Assembly: GCA_028534125.1 (NCBI GenBank)
Contig: CM052832.1
Location: forward strand, 13,642,001 to 13,706,000
Length of the DNA stretch: 64,000 bases
Direction of reading: 5' to 3'
Origin: Lama glama
Taxonomy: Eukaryota
Shown here in pieces: positions 12,641 through 27,080 of this stretch (its first letter is position 1; every line of letters starts with the position of its first letter). The notes under the pieces are model-generated. The model was given only the letters and a program-made list of their open reading frames with translations, was not told the DNA's origin and ran no database searches. A program made the position numbers and the translations under genes.

Positions 12641-12749
12641 AAGATAGAGGTTTTTTACAAAGACAAGTCATAATATTATAAAAAATGAACAAAGAACAAG
12701 AAAGAATTTGAAATTTAAACTAACATTAGGAAGATGATAGCAGCAGAGT

Positions 12750-15700
12750 TTTTTTTAATTAAAGCTTTATTGAGATATAGCTTATTTACCATAAAATCCA
12801 TCCATTTAAATTATACAATTCAGTGATTTCTAGAATATTTGCAAAGTTGTGCAACCATCAGCATATCTAATTTTAGAATATTTTCATCACCCCCCAAAAA
12901 GCCTCATATCCATTAGCAGGCGCTCCCTACTCCCTCCTCCCCCCTAATTCTGGGCAAGTACAGATTGACTTTTCTGTCTGTACATCTGCCTATTCTGGTC
13001 ATTTCATGTGAATTGAATCATACAATATATGTTGTTTTGTGACTGATTTCTTTTACCGTTTTCAAGGTTTATCCGTGTTGTAGCATATATCAATACTTCA
13101 TTTCTCCTTCTTAAAATTTTTCAATTCTTAAATAATGATAGATTCACAAGATGTTGCAGAGATAATACAGAGAAAGATGTCCTATGTACTCTTCACCCAG
13201 TTTCTCCCAGTGGTTATATCTTACAAAACTATATATATAGCACATTATCTCAAAACACAAACACATGAAAGCTCACTAAATTCTCAAAAGTAAAAACAAT
13301 ATGAGCAGATTTTTGGTTTGATTAATTTGTTTATTCTTGCTTTTGCTACCATTGCTTTTGGTGTCAAATGCAAAAAGTCATTGCCAAGACTGATGTCAAG
13401 AAGCTTACTGCCTATATTTTCTTCTAGGAGTTTTATGGTTTCTTTAATCCATTTTGAGTTAACATGTGTGTATGGTGTAAGATAGTGGTCCAGTCTCATT
13501 CTTTTGCATGTGGATGTCCAGTTTTTCCAACTGGTCATTTATTAAAGAGACTGTCATTTCCTCATTATATATTCTTGGCTGTCATAAATTAATTAATCAT
13601 ATATTCATGGTTTATTTTGGGGCTTTCTATTCTGTCTCATTGATCTATGTGTCTGTTTTTAATGCCAATGCCATACTTTTTTCTATTACTATAGCTTTGT
13701 AATATAGTTTGAAATCAGGGAGCATGATTCCTCCATCTTTGTTCTTCTTCCTCAAGACTGCTTTGGCTATTTAGGGTTCTTATGTGGTTCCATACAAATT
13801 GTAGAATCGTTTGTTCTAGTTCTGTGAAAAATGCTGTTAGAATTTTGATAGGGATTGCATTGAATCTGTAAATTGCTTTGGGCAGTATGGATATTTTAAC
13901 AATATTAATTATTCCAATCCACAATCATGGACTTTCTTTTCATTTTTTGTATGTCTTCTAGATTGGCAGTTTATTGAAAAATACTAAACATGCAATTAGC
14001 ATATGACTTAGCAGTTGCATGCCAGAGCATCTATCCCTAAGAAATAAAGACTTATGTTCACATAATGACATGTACATGAATGTTCATAGCAGCTTTATCT
14101 GCAAAAGCCCCAAACTGTAAACAACTCCAATGTCCTTCAATGGGTAAATGGATAAACAAACTGTGGTACATCCATATCATGGATTATTACTTAGCAATAA
14201 TAAACTCAGAGTTCATTCTCTGTGAATACCCTTTTCCCTGGAGCATTTATTAAAAATAATCAGTGGCAGTTGTTTAACATCACAGGTATCTTAGGTGGTA
14301 ACAATTGGGTAGGGCAAAGAAGAAGCTGACAAAAAGCTTAAAAGGAAAAACTTCAGAATAAGATATCTATAGGAGTCTTTGAAAAGTTCCAACATATTCT
14401 TGGAAATCTAGAAGGCCACACATGCAGGGCTGTGTGCACACCCAGGAAAGTTCTGAGAAGACCCTAATCTCTCTCATGGCTAGGATACCTTAAAGCTTTG
14501 CACAAGGGGGAAGTAAAGACTAAAGCAGAGTTGTTTGCATTTTGCTGGAATCTTGAAGATATACCCTAACACCACACACACACACACACACAAAACACAC
14601 CCTTGACAAAGGCTGGGAGACTTATTAATTCAAGGCATGTAAGGAAATAGTTGTCCATTCATTACCTGATCACTAAGCTAAGCAAGCAGACTATTGTGGC
14701 CACGCATGACAAAGAATACAGATTTTACAGAATTAGTTCAGGAAAGTCACTAAACAAACAGCAACAGAAGCAACAACAACAAACACCACCAACTACAGAC
14801 CCTGTGAAGTGAGAGGAATGTGATTTCCAGAGTTGCCCACATTATATTAGTTAAAATGTCTAATTTTCAAAAAAACTTAATGAGACACACAACAAAATGG
14901 GAAAATATGACAGACATGGGGTCGCGGTGGGGGAGGAAACGATTAATAGAAACTCTCAGGAAGCCTAGATGCACAGACTTTACTAGATAAAGAATTTGAG
15001 TCAGCTATTATAAATATATTCAAAGAACTAAAAGAAATCATGTCTAAAGAAATAAAGGAAAGTATGAGAATGTCTCACCAAATACAGACTATGAGTAAAG
15101 AAATAGAATTATAAAAAGAACCAATACAAGTATAAATACTAATACAAAAAGAGAACTTCAGTACAACAACTGAAGTGAAAATTTTACTAGATGGGCACAA
15201 CTATAGATTCAACTTGGCAGAAAGAAGAATCAGCAAACTTGAAGATAGGTCAAGTGAGACTCTCCAGTCTGAGGACCAGAGAGGAAAAAAAAAGAAAAAT
15301 GAACAGAGCCACAGGGACCTATGAAACACCATGAAGTGTACCAACATATGCATAATGGAGGTCCCAGAAGGAGAGGAGAGAAAGGAACCAAAAAAATTGA
15401 GTAATGTCCCAAAACTTCCCAAATTGGGTGAAAATCGTGAATCTACACACACAAGAAGCTCAACACACTCAAGATAAACTCAAATAGATCTATATCTAGA
15501 CACATCGCAAACAATCGGTCAAAAGCCAAGGACAAAGAGAGAATCTTGAAAGCAGCAAGAGATATGACTCATCACATAAAAGGTTGAATTCTCATCAATG
15601 TTAATATCCTGGTTGTGATATTTTCTATAGTTTTGCAAGATGTTACTATTGGAGGAAACTGGATAAAGTATACATGAAATCTCTTTGTATTATCTCTTAT

Positions 15701-17170
15701 AACTGCTAATTAACCTACAATTATCTCAAAATAAAAAAGTTAATTTAGCACACACATGCTTCGAAAACAAGACTTGGGTCCAGGATGAAATCATAAAAGA
15801 AATGTACAAAATATTTAGAATTGAGCAGTAATATGAATACTGTGTATTAAAACGTGAGGAACAAAGAATAGTGGTAATTCAAGGTAAGCTTACAGCCTTG
15901 AATGCTTATATTAGAAATGAAGAATGTCTGAAAATTAAAAAATTTAAAAAGTTAGAAAAAGAACAAAGGGGAAGAAAGCAGATTAAAATGATTAGAGTAA
16001 CAATCAGAAAAATAGACTAGAGATGATCAACGAGGCCAAAAGTTAGCTATCTGGGGGAAACAGTAATAAAATTGATAGGCAGTAGGGGTAGGGGGGAGAG
16101 GAAAGAGGAGAAAAAATATTAGTAATGCAAAGGGGAACATAACGATAGAAGCAGCAGAGATTTAAGAGAAAACATTTTACAAAACTTAGATGAACAAAAT
16201 CCTAGAAAAATGTAACGGAGTAAAAATCTCATATAATCCTATGCCCATTAAAGAAACTGAAAATTGTTAAAATTTCTTACAAAAAATACATCAGGAGTAA
16301 ATAATTATTAGGTGAATTCTACTAACTTTCCAAGAAACAGTTCATGTCGTTCATACACAATCTCTTCCAGAAAACTGAAAAAAGGAAATATTTCCAACTC
16401 ATTCTATGAGATTAATAAAACTTAATTCCCGAAGCAATCAAATTAAAGCCAATCTCACTTGTGAACCTAGATACAAATGTATTAAAGTATTAGCAAACCA
16501 AATCAGTGATGTAAAAAAGAGGTAATAAATCATGACGAAGTCAGGCTAATTCCAGGGATATGAGAATGGTTTAATATTAGAGAACCAATCCTTCACATTA
16601 ACAGTGAAGGAGAAAACCAATTATCATCTTAATAAATGTAGAAAAGCATTTTATAAAATTTAACACTCATCATAATAAAACAACTTTTAGTAAAGTAAGA
16701 ATAGAAATGATCGTCCTGAATCTGTTAAAGGGTATCTGACATAACACCTAAAGCAAACATCATTCTCAATAAGGAAATATCAAAAGCATTTCCTTTAAGT
16801 AACAAGACAGGGATGTCCATAGGCCCTGCATAACATTGTGCTGAAGGTCAGTAAGACAGAAAAAGAAGGAAAGGAGAGAAACGGAGGGAGGGAGGAGGGA
16901 GGAAAGAAGGAAGAAAGAGGGAGAGGAAGAGAGAGAAAGGAAGGAGGGAGACTGGGAGGGAGAAAGAGAGGTCTGGTCTATTGTTTGAAAAGGGAAGATC
17001 AAAACTTATTAATGGATAATGTAACTTTCTATAGAGAAAACCCTTTAGAACTAACCAAATTATTAGGTATAATAAGAATGTTTAGCAAGGTGGCTAGATA
17101 TAAGATGCAACAATAAATCGTATTTCTGATACCAGCAACTGAGAGAAAAAAAACTTTAAGATACTATTTA
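12750..17170. mobile_element. Cluster of degenerate L1 fragments in both orientations (3' end, ORF2 pieces, ORF1 region)
   Basis: L1 ORF2-like translations at 13284-13538 and 13715-13924 (minus; [15 protein letters not shown]); ORF1-like sequence at about 14950-15580 and ORF2 remnants at 15780-17170 (plus). Confidence 0.85.
14572..14600. repeat. (CA)n microsatellite
   Basis: Direct reading: cacacacacacacacacacaca. Confidence 0.9.
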
Positions 17171-17383
17171 CAACATAGGCAGAGGTGGCAATGATCTGGC
17201 TAGATTATATCTGATTTCTAGCTTCCTCCTCCAGTCTCCTTTCAATTTTGTGAGCTCCTCCCTTCAACCCATCCAATAAATTCTGTTTTTTCCTGAGATA
17301 GCTAGAATTGAGTTTTACTGCTTGCACGCGCACATCCTGTGTTTACACTATTAGTTTAACGAGTATTTGGAATGAAATACGCG

Positions 17384-17925
17384 TGTCAGGGGTCCTCAAG
17401 ACCACCCCCAAATTCAGTGATTCGATAGGGGGAATCAGGATTCAGTATGCAGCTATATTTACGGCTATGATTTATTACAGAGGAAGGACACAGAGCAAAA
17501 TCAGTAAAATCAGCAAACAGAAAAGTCACATGGGGTGTAGTCTGGAGGAAACCAGGCCCAAGCTTCCATGAATCCTTCACACAGGATGTTCTTAATTCCC
17601 TCAACGATGAGTTATAATAACACACGTCAAATGTTGTTTACCAAGGAAGCTCATTAGAGACTGTTCAGAGTTTTTATTGGGGGCTGGTTACATAGGCACC
17701 CACTGCCTGGTGGCATGTACTCAAATTCCAGACTTCCAGAAGGAAAACAGGTGTCTATCATAAAACATGTTGTTTGCACAAATAATTTAGGCATAGTGAA
17801 CAACTCTTATCAGTGAGTGTGGTGAGAATCTTTCTGAAATCCAGGAGGTTCCCAGATGCCAGCCAGGTAAGCAGGCATTTCAAAGGATGTCAGTCAGTTT
17901 GGCTATGTTAACTCTTTTCTGCATA
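17384..17925. mobile_element. MER21-like LTR
   Basis: tgtcaggggtcctcaagaccaccccc...ggctatgatttattacag...ggaggaaaccaggcccaagcttcc. Confidence 0.7.
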
Positions 17926-19719
17926 ATGCACATTCTTTCTGCCATACTGAATTCCGGAAGGCCAATTTATTACAGCCACTTTTCAATCCATCCACTTAGC
18001 TCTGAAATAATATCATTTAACTTTAAATATATTTCATATTAACTATTATGAAATTACAGTTTTAAAAAGTCAAATAATATTATGAGGCTTAAAGTAAAAC
18101 CCAGAGATCCTTGCTTCACCCCAACTCCTCTCTCAATCCACAAGCAACTATTTCAAACTCTAGTAGTTCTTTCTAATATTTACCTTTCATTTCTAAATAA
18201 CACACATTTACTGTTCTTGATTTTTCAATTTTATACATTATCTGTTGTCTTTTAACTATAGACAATGAGGATTTAATTTTTTATATCTCCTACCACTCAC
18301 TTCATATTCCCAAAATTGTTTTATCATAATTTTTAGTTAAATCTCTATTCTGTTTTTCATTATTATGATTATATAAATGTTTGCAAATGAGCCACACAGA
18401 AATTATATTTCTTTTTCATGTGAGTTGTCTTTCCTGGAATTAATAGTTGCCTGTTTTAAAATTTTAATTTTCTATGTACATATTACTATATCCATCTCTA
18501 AATGTTCCATCAGTACTGAAAACCTCCTCTCACATGGTTAATTGTATCTGGTAAATTATCCATTCTGTTGTTTCTGGAGTCTCCCAATGTTTGCACCCTA
18601 GGCCTGCCACACAACTCTTCCTGTGATTTCCCTTCACCTTAGCTGGGGATATCTTTTGCTTCTTTCTTGTATTGGGTCCCATGACTTTTATTTTTCTTGT
18701 TTTATTTCCACCATCATTTCTGTGGAAAATGTCATCCAGTTGCTTCCTGAGAAAGAATAGATAAATGAGACCTTGCATGCCTGAAAATGTCTTTATGCTA
18801 TTCCCATACTTGATAGATATTTTGGCTAGGCATAGACTTGAATATGAAAACAATGTTCTCAGCATTTGAAGGGATTATTCTGATGTCTTCTAACTTGGTA
18901 TCATTCTGATTCCTAATCTTTCCTACGTAACCAGTTTTTTCTCTCGAGAAGCTTCTAGGATCCTTCCTTTTTCTATCACTAGTGTTTTGGTTTAGGTCTT
19001 TTTTGCATTCATTGTGCCAGGGCACTGGGGGAGTCTTTCATTCATTTCTCTTTCTAGAATTACTATATAAATGGGATGTTGGATGACCTGAATTCATCCT
19101 CAAATTCTCTTTTCTCTTCTCTTTACTTCCCTATTTCCCTCTCCTTTCTGGGAAACTTCTTCAACTTCACCTTCCAAATTCTCCACTGTATCTTTAAAAA
19201 CCTCTCATATTTTCCTATTTTAAATTTCCAAGACTTTTTTTTATTTTCTGCCTGCTTCTTTTCATTCTGCCTCCTTTCATTTCTAATATTATCGCATTCC
19301 CATTTCATGGATGCTACTCTTTGAGGCTAAGATTTTTGTTAAGTCGTCTTTGGTTCTCTACATTAACTCTTTCTCTTCTGCTTCTTTGTTTTGGGTTCTG
19401 ACGTTCATGAGATTTTCCTCATGTATTTATTGATTCTTGATAGTTTACTCAATATTAAGAGTGACGTAATAAGTTTTTTAAAACTGTGTATGTTGGGAGA
19501 AGGGGAGGGAGTACTTTGGAAACATAAAGGCAAAATAAAGTGGGTGGAGGATGGGGGTAGATAGAGCCAGGAAACCCCAGAAAGTAAGCTGCCATTTATT
19601 GAACGCTACACAAAAACAGAAAAGAGAACTCTGAAGTTAGAAAAGCTCTACTGACCACACCTCCCCCTAAACAGGAAAACTAGTTTCATGTAAAAATGAG
19701 CAACAAAAGGGACAAGGCA

Positions 19720-21062
19720 AAGTTGCCTGCTTTATCTCTGTTTATAGATGATATGATTTTATATGTAGAAAACCCTAAAGATTTCACACACAAAAAAAAC
19801 CTGTTAGGACTTAAATAAATTTAGCAAAGTAACAAGATACAAAGTCAACACAGAAAAATCAGTTGCTTTTCTACACACTAACAATGAATCATCTGAAAAG
19901 AAAATTTCAAAAACAATGCCATTTACAGCAGCATCAAAAAGAATAAAATGCTGAGGAATTGAGGTGAAAAACAATGAAAACTACAAAACATTGCTGGAAG
20001 AAATTAAAGAAGACATAATAAGTGGAAATGCATCATATAGGCATAGATTGGAAGCCTTCATATTGTTAAAACTACCTAAAACAATCTGCATATTTAATGC
20101 AACCCCTATCAAAATCGCAACGATGTTTTTTGCAGGAATAGAAAAACTCATCCTAAAATTCAAATTTATGAAATATAAAAGGCAATCTACCTAATAGGAG
20201 AAAAATTTTGAGAATCATATATCTGATAAGAGATTTATACCCAGAATATATAGAAAGGAAAAAAAAAAACAACAAAGAAAAGGAAAAAATTTGAAAAAAT
20301 ATCCAGAATATGTAGAGAACTCCTACAACTCAACAACAACAACCCAGTGCAAAAATGGGAAAGGGACTTAAATAGATGTTTCTCTAAAGAAGATATACAG
20401 ATGGCCAATAAGCACATGAAAAGATGCTTAACGTCAGTAACCATTAGGGAAAATGCAAATTAAAACTACAGTGAGATACTGGTTCACACCCATTAGGGTA
20501 GCCACTATCAAAAAAGCAGAAAGCAGTAAGTGTTGGTGAGGATGTGGAGAAAATGGAACCTGTGCACTGTTGGTAGAAATATAAAATGGTACAGCCTCTG
20601 TGGAAAATAATTAAGGTAATTCCTTAAACAATTAAAAATAGAATTACCATATGATTCAGCAATTCAATATCTGGATATATACCCAGAATAATTAAAAACA
20701 GGGTCTTAAAGTGATATTCATGCACCCATATATGCTTAGCAGCTTTATTCACAATAGCTAAAACATGAAACAACCCAAGTGTCCGTCAGTAGATGAGTGG
20801 ATAAGCAAAATGTAGTATATACATATTGTTTGGCTTTAAAAATGAAAGGAATTCTGCAGTATGCTACAACATGGAAGAACCTTGAGGACATTATGCAAAG
20901 TAAAATAAATCAGTCACAAAAAGACAAATATTGTATAATTCATCTATATGGTGTACTTAGAGTAGTCAAAACCATAGAGATAGAAAGTTGCCTGGGTTTG
21001 AGGGGGAGTGGGCAGTTATTGTTTAATGTGTATTTTACCACAATAAAAAAAAACTGAAAAAA
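19720..21062 (+). mobile_element. L1 (L1MB-like) ORF2 3' portion and 3' UTR
   Basis: gatgatatgattttatatgtagaaaaccctaaaga; ORF2 remnants (NYKTLLEEIKED); A-rich tail at about 21043-21062. Confidence 0.85.
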
Positions 21063-22285
21063 AATGAGCAACAAAAAAAATCAATATTAATCCCATTAAA
21101 ATTATTATAATAAAAAAGGGAATAATATACAGCATAACATTCATATAGCTAATGAACACATGCCAGGACAAGCCCAAGCAGTAGATCAAAGCTTTAACCT
21201 ATTATTTTGAAACAAGCTAAGAGACATTAAAGTAAAGTAACACATGGTATGAAAACTAACCCTACATCAGAATTACAAAATTCAGGATTAAGTGACAGAA
21301 TTCAGCAAATAATTAGAAATAAAAAGAAGATCATTTCATAAATGAAGACCTAATTAAAAGAAGTTCGGGGTGAAAAAACACAACAGATGATACCTTAAGA
21401 GAATTATAAGGTGAAAAGAAAGAAAATTTTAAGATAAAAATGCAGAAAAAGATAAAAGGATTCTAGATATAAAGCAATCCTGACAAGCAGGGACAGCATG
21501 CCTAGGGCATCCTCGAATCGGTAGTCAGCACATGGCAACCCCAGCAAGACCCTCATTTCTCTCTAATGGGTACATCACTTCACTTGCTAATATAAAAAGT
21601 TCCACTTGGGGTCAAACTTTCCTCAAGTGTCCCTGCGCTGGAGGAAAAGAGTCACAGTCCAGTGGCTTATCCTCTCCTTCCAGATAATAGTCAAAGGACT
21701 CTGAAATCTTTCCCCCTTGAACTTCCAGGGGTCTTGTGTGGCATGATAGCACAGCTAATGCCTTTTGAGATTTGAGCAAATGGTTGAGGAAAATGCCAAT
21801 CAATAATACAAATGAGAAATGTTTACCAGTCACCTGATCAACCAATAATGAAGCAAAACAAAGAAGCAAAAGTTAAAAGTCTAGCAAGCGTATTGCCTTC
21901 TATAACTTGGCTGGTGACCAATTATGAGACCTAGTCTAGCGCATCCTACCCATATTCACCTGTGGTTATTTTGCTTTTAACTTTTTCTCAGTCACTTTTG
22001 ACAATTTCCTTTAGTTAATATTGGAGATTTGTGTTCTTTGTTTTCCTCATTCTTTGGGGGATGGGGGCTAAAGTCAAGCATATTTAGACCCTGCTTCTCT
22101 TGGAAGGCTTAGAATAGGAACTCTCTCCATCTGAAGCAGCCCTTTTTCAAAGCTGTTATAAGCACGTATCATACCTCCATCACCCCAGTTTTTCTTCCTG
22201 AAGCATATTTTGTCCTGTGTTTTTCTTTCTTTAGCATATCACCTTTGAATCTGACTTTTATACCCTAGGCCTCTAGCAGTACTCT

Positions 22286-22731
22286 TGTGGGTTGAAATTT
22301 GTTGCCCGAAATGATAAGTTGAAGTCCTAAACCCTGATATCTGTTACCCTGACTGTGACCTTAGTTAGAACAGGGTCTTTGCAGATGTAACAGTGAGATG
22401 AAGTCATGCTGGAATAGCGTGGGCCCTAAATCCAGTGACTGGTGTCCTCATAAGGAGAAGGTGATTTGGAGACACAGACACAGAGAGGGAAGATGGAAGC
22501 AAAAGCTAGAGTGATGTAGCTACAAGCCAAAGAATGACAAGGATTGCCAGTAAGCACTAGAAGCTAGAGCCTAGGAAGGATTCTTTTGCCTAGAGCCTTC
22601 AAAGGGAGTATGGCCCTGCCAACATGTTGATTTGACTTCTGGCATTCAGAACTATGACAGAATAAATTTCTATCATTTAGAGTCACCCAGTTTGTGGAAA
22701 TTTCTTACATCAGCCCTGGGAAACTAATACA
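22286..22731 (+). mobile_element. MLT1 (MaLR) solo LTR
   Basis: tgtgggttgaa...gggtctttgcagatgtaa...ccctaaatccagtgactggtgtcctcataag...aataaatttc...ggaaactaataca. Confidence 0.85.
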
Positions 22732-23519
22732 CACTTTGCCTCAGCTTGTTTAAATTAAACATGTCAGAAATTTATGTAAATGATTTAGTGGGTTATCTCT
22801 ATAAGAAGCACACTTAATCAGAAATAGCAGTCATTTATAAAATCAATTACCTAACAAGTCCATAAAACACATTTCTTACTGTTATTATTTTCAAACGGAA
22901 TAAAACATGATTATTAGAACATTTAGGAACTCAGATTACAAAAAGAAAAGGCAAATGGGAAGAAACCAGTTAGTTTTCTCTTTCTGATGTAAGAGATAGT
23001 ATCAGTTTAAATTCTGTAACTGAAATCTTTTCTTACAGAAGTTTCCTTGCTAAGTCTGCAAGGAAAATCAATAAAGAAGGCTGTTAATTAACAAGTGAGC
23101 CCTGGATATGAATTTAGATCAAACAGGCTGCAATTACAGAGTTTGGGAAGTGTTTGCTCTTTTATCTCCCGAGATTGGTTCTGGAAACTAGCAAACGCTA
23201 CCTTCATATCATTTGCTTTCTTTCCTTTTAGACCTCTGTGGCAGTGGTTTGAGGATTAAAGAGTGGAGTGATGGCTGTCCAAAAGTCAGAGAACACAGTT
23301 AGAGATCAGAGACACTAGAAAACTGAAAAAGTAATTGGCTTTTACTGACTCAGGGAGATGATTGCCTAAGAGGAAAGAAAACTAGTATCTGAAAAATAAG
23401 GGATTCAGAAATGTGACTGCTGAAATAGCGAAAACTAAGTGAATGGCCCAGAAACTTCAGAGATGAAGTCAAAAGGGGGTGATATTGTGAAGAGGAACAA
23501 ACAGCCAAACATTTCAAGT

Positions 23520-24690
23520 CTGGTAAATATATAATATAGGAAAAAATCTAGGTGACCTTGGGTTTGGCAATGAGTTTTTATATACAACACCAAAAGCATA
23601 ATCCATGAAAAAAAAGATTGGTAAATTTGACTTCATTAAAACTGAAAACATCTGCTCTCCAAAGGACACTGTTAGGAGAGTGAAAAGATAAGTCACAAAC
23701 TGGGAGAAAATATTTGTACAGTGTGTATCTGATAAGACAACATGTATCCAAAATATACAAAGAACCCTTAAAACTCAACAAAAAGAAAACAAAAGCTTAT
23801 TTTATAAAATGGGGGAAAAATCTGAACAGACACCTCACCAAAATGCTATCCAGATGGAAAATAAACACTTGAAAAGATGATTAACTTAATATGTCATTAA
23901 GGAATTACAAATTAAAACAACGAGATACCACTACACAACTATGGGATTGGTTAAATCCAAAATACTGGCAACAAAGGCTGATGAGGATGTAGAGCAACAG
24001 GAACTCTGATTCTTGGCTGGTGGGAATGCAAAATGACACAGCCACTTTGGAAAACAGTTTGGAAATTTCTTATGAGGTTGAAGAGATGCTTACCATGCAA
24101 TCCAGCAATTACACTCTTAGGTATTTACTGAACTGAGGTAAAAACTTAATGCCCACCCAAAAACTACACACAAATTTATAGCAGCTTCATTCATAATTGC
24201 CCAAAACTGGAAGCAACCAAGATGTCCTTCAAGAGGTGAATAGATAAACAACCAGTGGTACATCCAGACAATGGGATGTTATTCAGTGAGAGAAAAGAAA
24301 TGTTATCAGGTCACAAAAAGACATGGAGGAACTTTAAATGCATATTGCTAAATGAAAAAAATCAGTGTGAAAAAAACTACCTACTGGATGAGTCCACCTA
24401 TATTCTGGAAAAGGCAAGACTATAGAGACAGTAAAAAGATCAGTAGTTACCAGGGGTGCAGCAGGAGGGAAGGAAGGATGAATAGATGGAGCACTCAGAG
24501 CAATGAAATGATACTGTATGATGCTGTAATGGTGGCTACATGACATTGTGCATTTATCAAAGCACACTGGAACTACAGAGCAAAAAGAATGAACCCTAAT
24601 GTAAACTATGAACTTTAGCTAATATGAGTATTTAGTATTAGTTCATTGATTGTGACCAATGTACCACAAGATGTTAATAATAGATGTGTG
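23520..24690 (+). mobile_element. L1 (L1MC-like) 3' region
   Basis: ORF2 C-terminal remnants and an L1MC-type 3' UTR (gaaccctaatgtaaactatgaactttag). Confidence 0.8.
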
Positions 24691-25018
24691 CCTATGTATT
24701 ATGACCAAGAAGGATTTACCATGGGAATCCAAAGATAATTTATCATTAGAAAATCTATTAATATATTCATTATATTAACAGGTTTAAAGGGGAAAACATA
24801 ATTTTTACATAAAAGGCATTCAATACAATTTAACAGTCATGCAATTTTTTAAAAAAACTAACAAATTAGGAAAAAAGTCAACTTCCTCAACCTGTCTTTT
24901 GTGCTATCGTTTTCATATATATTACATACATATATATTATGCTGTCTACAACAAAGTGATACATATTCTTCACTTAAAATATTCATGTCTCTTTTAAAGA
25001 AACTATCAGAACAATACA

Positions 25019-25251
25019 CAGTTTACTCCTGAACAATGCAAAGTTTACGGGTGCAGATCCTCCATGTAGTCAGAAATCTACATATAACTTAAAGCTGGCA
25101 CTTCATATACACAAATCTTCAGTATCCGTGGTTCTGCCTCCACAGATACAAACAACTGCGGATCGTGTAGTGCTATAGTATTTACTATTGAAAAAAATTC
25201 GCGTGTAAGTGGTCCTGTGCAGTTCAAACCGTGTTGTTCAAGGATCAACTG
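25019..25251. mobile_element. Tigger-derived MITE (MER8-like)
   Basis: Terminal inverted repeats cagtttactcctgaacaa / ttgttcaaggatcaactg, about 230 bp. Confidence 0.75.
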
Positions 25252-25269
25252 TCTATGTATATATATAGT

Positions 25270-27080
25270 TTTATAGAAAAAATATATAAATACATATACA
25301 TTTTAAAATTTACCTGCACTTTACCATTTCCAGTGCTTTTAATTTTTCCCTGGAGACCTAAAGTCCATTTGTTGTCATTTCCCCTGCAAGAACTGGCTTC
25401 AACATTTCTTGTAGTGCACATTTGCTAGCAATTAATTTTCTAGGGTTTTTTCTTTATCTGAAAAGATCTTCCTGTCATCCTAATTTTTAAAAATTTATTT
25501 ATTATTTTATTTGGGGAAGGAGGTAATTGGGTTTTTTTTATGTATTTACTTATTTTTGATGGAGGTACTGGGGATTGAACCCAGGACTTCGTGCTTGCTA
25601 GGTACTTGCCCTACCACTGAGCTATACCCTCCCCCCGCCCTCATCATCCTAATTTTTAAAGATATTTTTGCTAGATATATAATTCTAGGCTGATACCTTT
25701 TTACTTTTAACACACTGAATAAGACATTCCATTGGCTTTTTTGGCCTCCATTATTTTTGATGAGAAGACAGCTAACTTTTCTACTGCTGGTCCCCTGTAT
25801 GTACATGTTGTTTTTCTTGGTCATTTTCCAGATTTTTCCTTTATACTTGATTTTTTTAGTTGTTTGATTATGTTTCAGGAATGGTTTTATTTGTATTTAT
25901 TAAGCTTTGGTTTTCCTGAGCTTCTTGGATCTGTAAGTTCATATTTATTACCAAATTTGGCAAGTTTTTAGTCTTTATTTCTTCAAATAATTTTTCTGTC
26001 CCATTGTCTATTTCCTCTCCTTCTAGAAATTGTATTACTTGTATGTTAGACGATTTGATATTGTCCTACAAGTCAGTGAAGCTTTGCTTATTTTTAAAAA
26101 TATTTTTTCTCTCTGTTCTGCAGATTGGTATAAATTCTCTAAAATTTTTATTCAAGTTCACTCTTTCTTCCATCTTCAGTTTTTCTATTAAGCCTATCTA
26201 GTGAATTTTTCTTTTCAGATATTATAATTTTTAATCCTAGAATTGCCATTTGGTTCTTCTTAATAGTTTCTAGTTCTCTGATGAATTTGCCCATCTGTTC
26301 ATTGATTATGAGTGTGTTTTTTAAGGTTCTTGAACATATTTGTTATAGCCAATTTGAAATCTTCCTCTTCTAATTAACTATCAGAGTTATTTCAGAATTG
26401 CTTTCTATTGACTGACTTTCTTTTGGCTGTTGTTCATATTTCCCTGCTTATTTGCAAGTTTACCATTTTAAAAAAGTCTTCTAATACTGGACATTGTAGA
26501 GGATACATTGTAGAAAATCTAGATTTTCTTATCTTCCTCTAGAGACTATTTTTATCAGTTAACTTGGCAGGCATAAAATTCCAAATTCTGTGTTTCTTGA
26601 GATGGTCAGCAGCTAAAATTTCTGCTCACTTCTTTCAGTTTCCAGTTTTCTTTTTCTGGCTGTTTTCTGCTGGGCTCCTTGGAGTACCCCCTGCACGTGC
26701 ACAGGTCGAGAGTCAGCCAAGGATTTGGTCAAATTTTATACACATTTTAAAGAAGTCTCTGTGGCTTCTTACTTTCTTGGGTTGTTTTTTTTTTTTTTTC
26801 TAAACTTGATTCTCTGACTTGTCAAACCAGTAAGACTAGCAACCTTATACTTGAATTCTGGCCATCCTATGCTACGTGTTCTGGGTAGTGCCTTCAGGCA
26901 AAAATCCTTTAATCACAAATCTTATCCACTGTACCTCCCTTCTATCAGTGGTTGACTTCCCTCCAGTTTCTTCCTGCTTTTTGTTTCTTCAGTTTCTTCA
27001 GATAATTGTGTTCTTTTGTTTTGTTCAGAGTCTATAATTATTATAATATGATACAGGCTAGTATAATACAAGACTGCTGG
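25270..27080 (-). mobile_element. Old L1 5'/ORF1 region (host of the SINE)
   Basis: T-rich degenerate sequence; minus-strand translation YQPRIIYLAKISLK resembles the L1 ORF1 C-terminus. Confidence 0.65.
25492..25643 (-). mobile_element. tRNA-derived SINE (camelid Vic-1-like) with 17-bp TSD
   Basis: Minus strand GGAGGGTATAGCTCAGTGGTAG...GGGTTCAATCCCCAGTACCTCC (Pol III A and B boxes) plus A-rich tail; TSD tcatcctaatttttaaa at 25475-25491 and 25644-25660. Confidence 0.85.

Noticed and set aside
13284..14200. Reverse-transcriptase-like ORFs and a possible twin-primed L1 inversion
   Set aside because: Degenerate L1 ORF2 fragments; the two halves look like different-age subfamilies and no shared TSD was found
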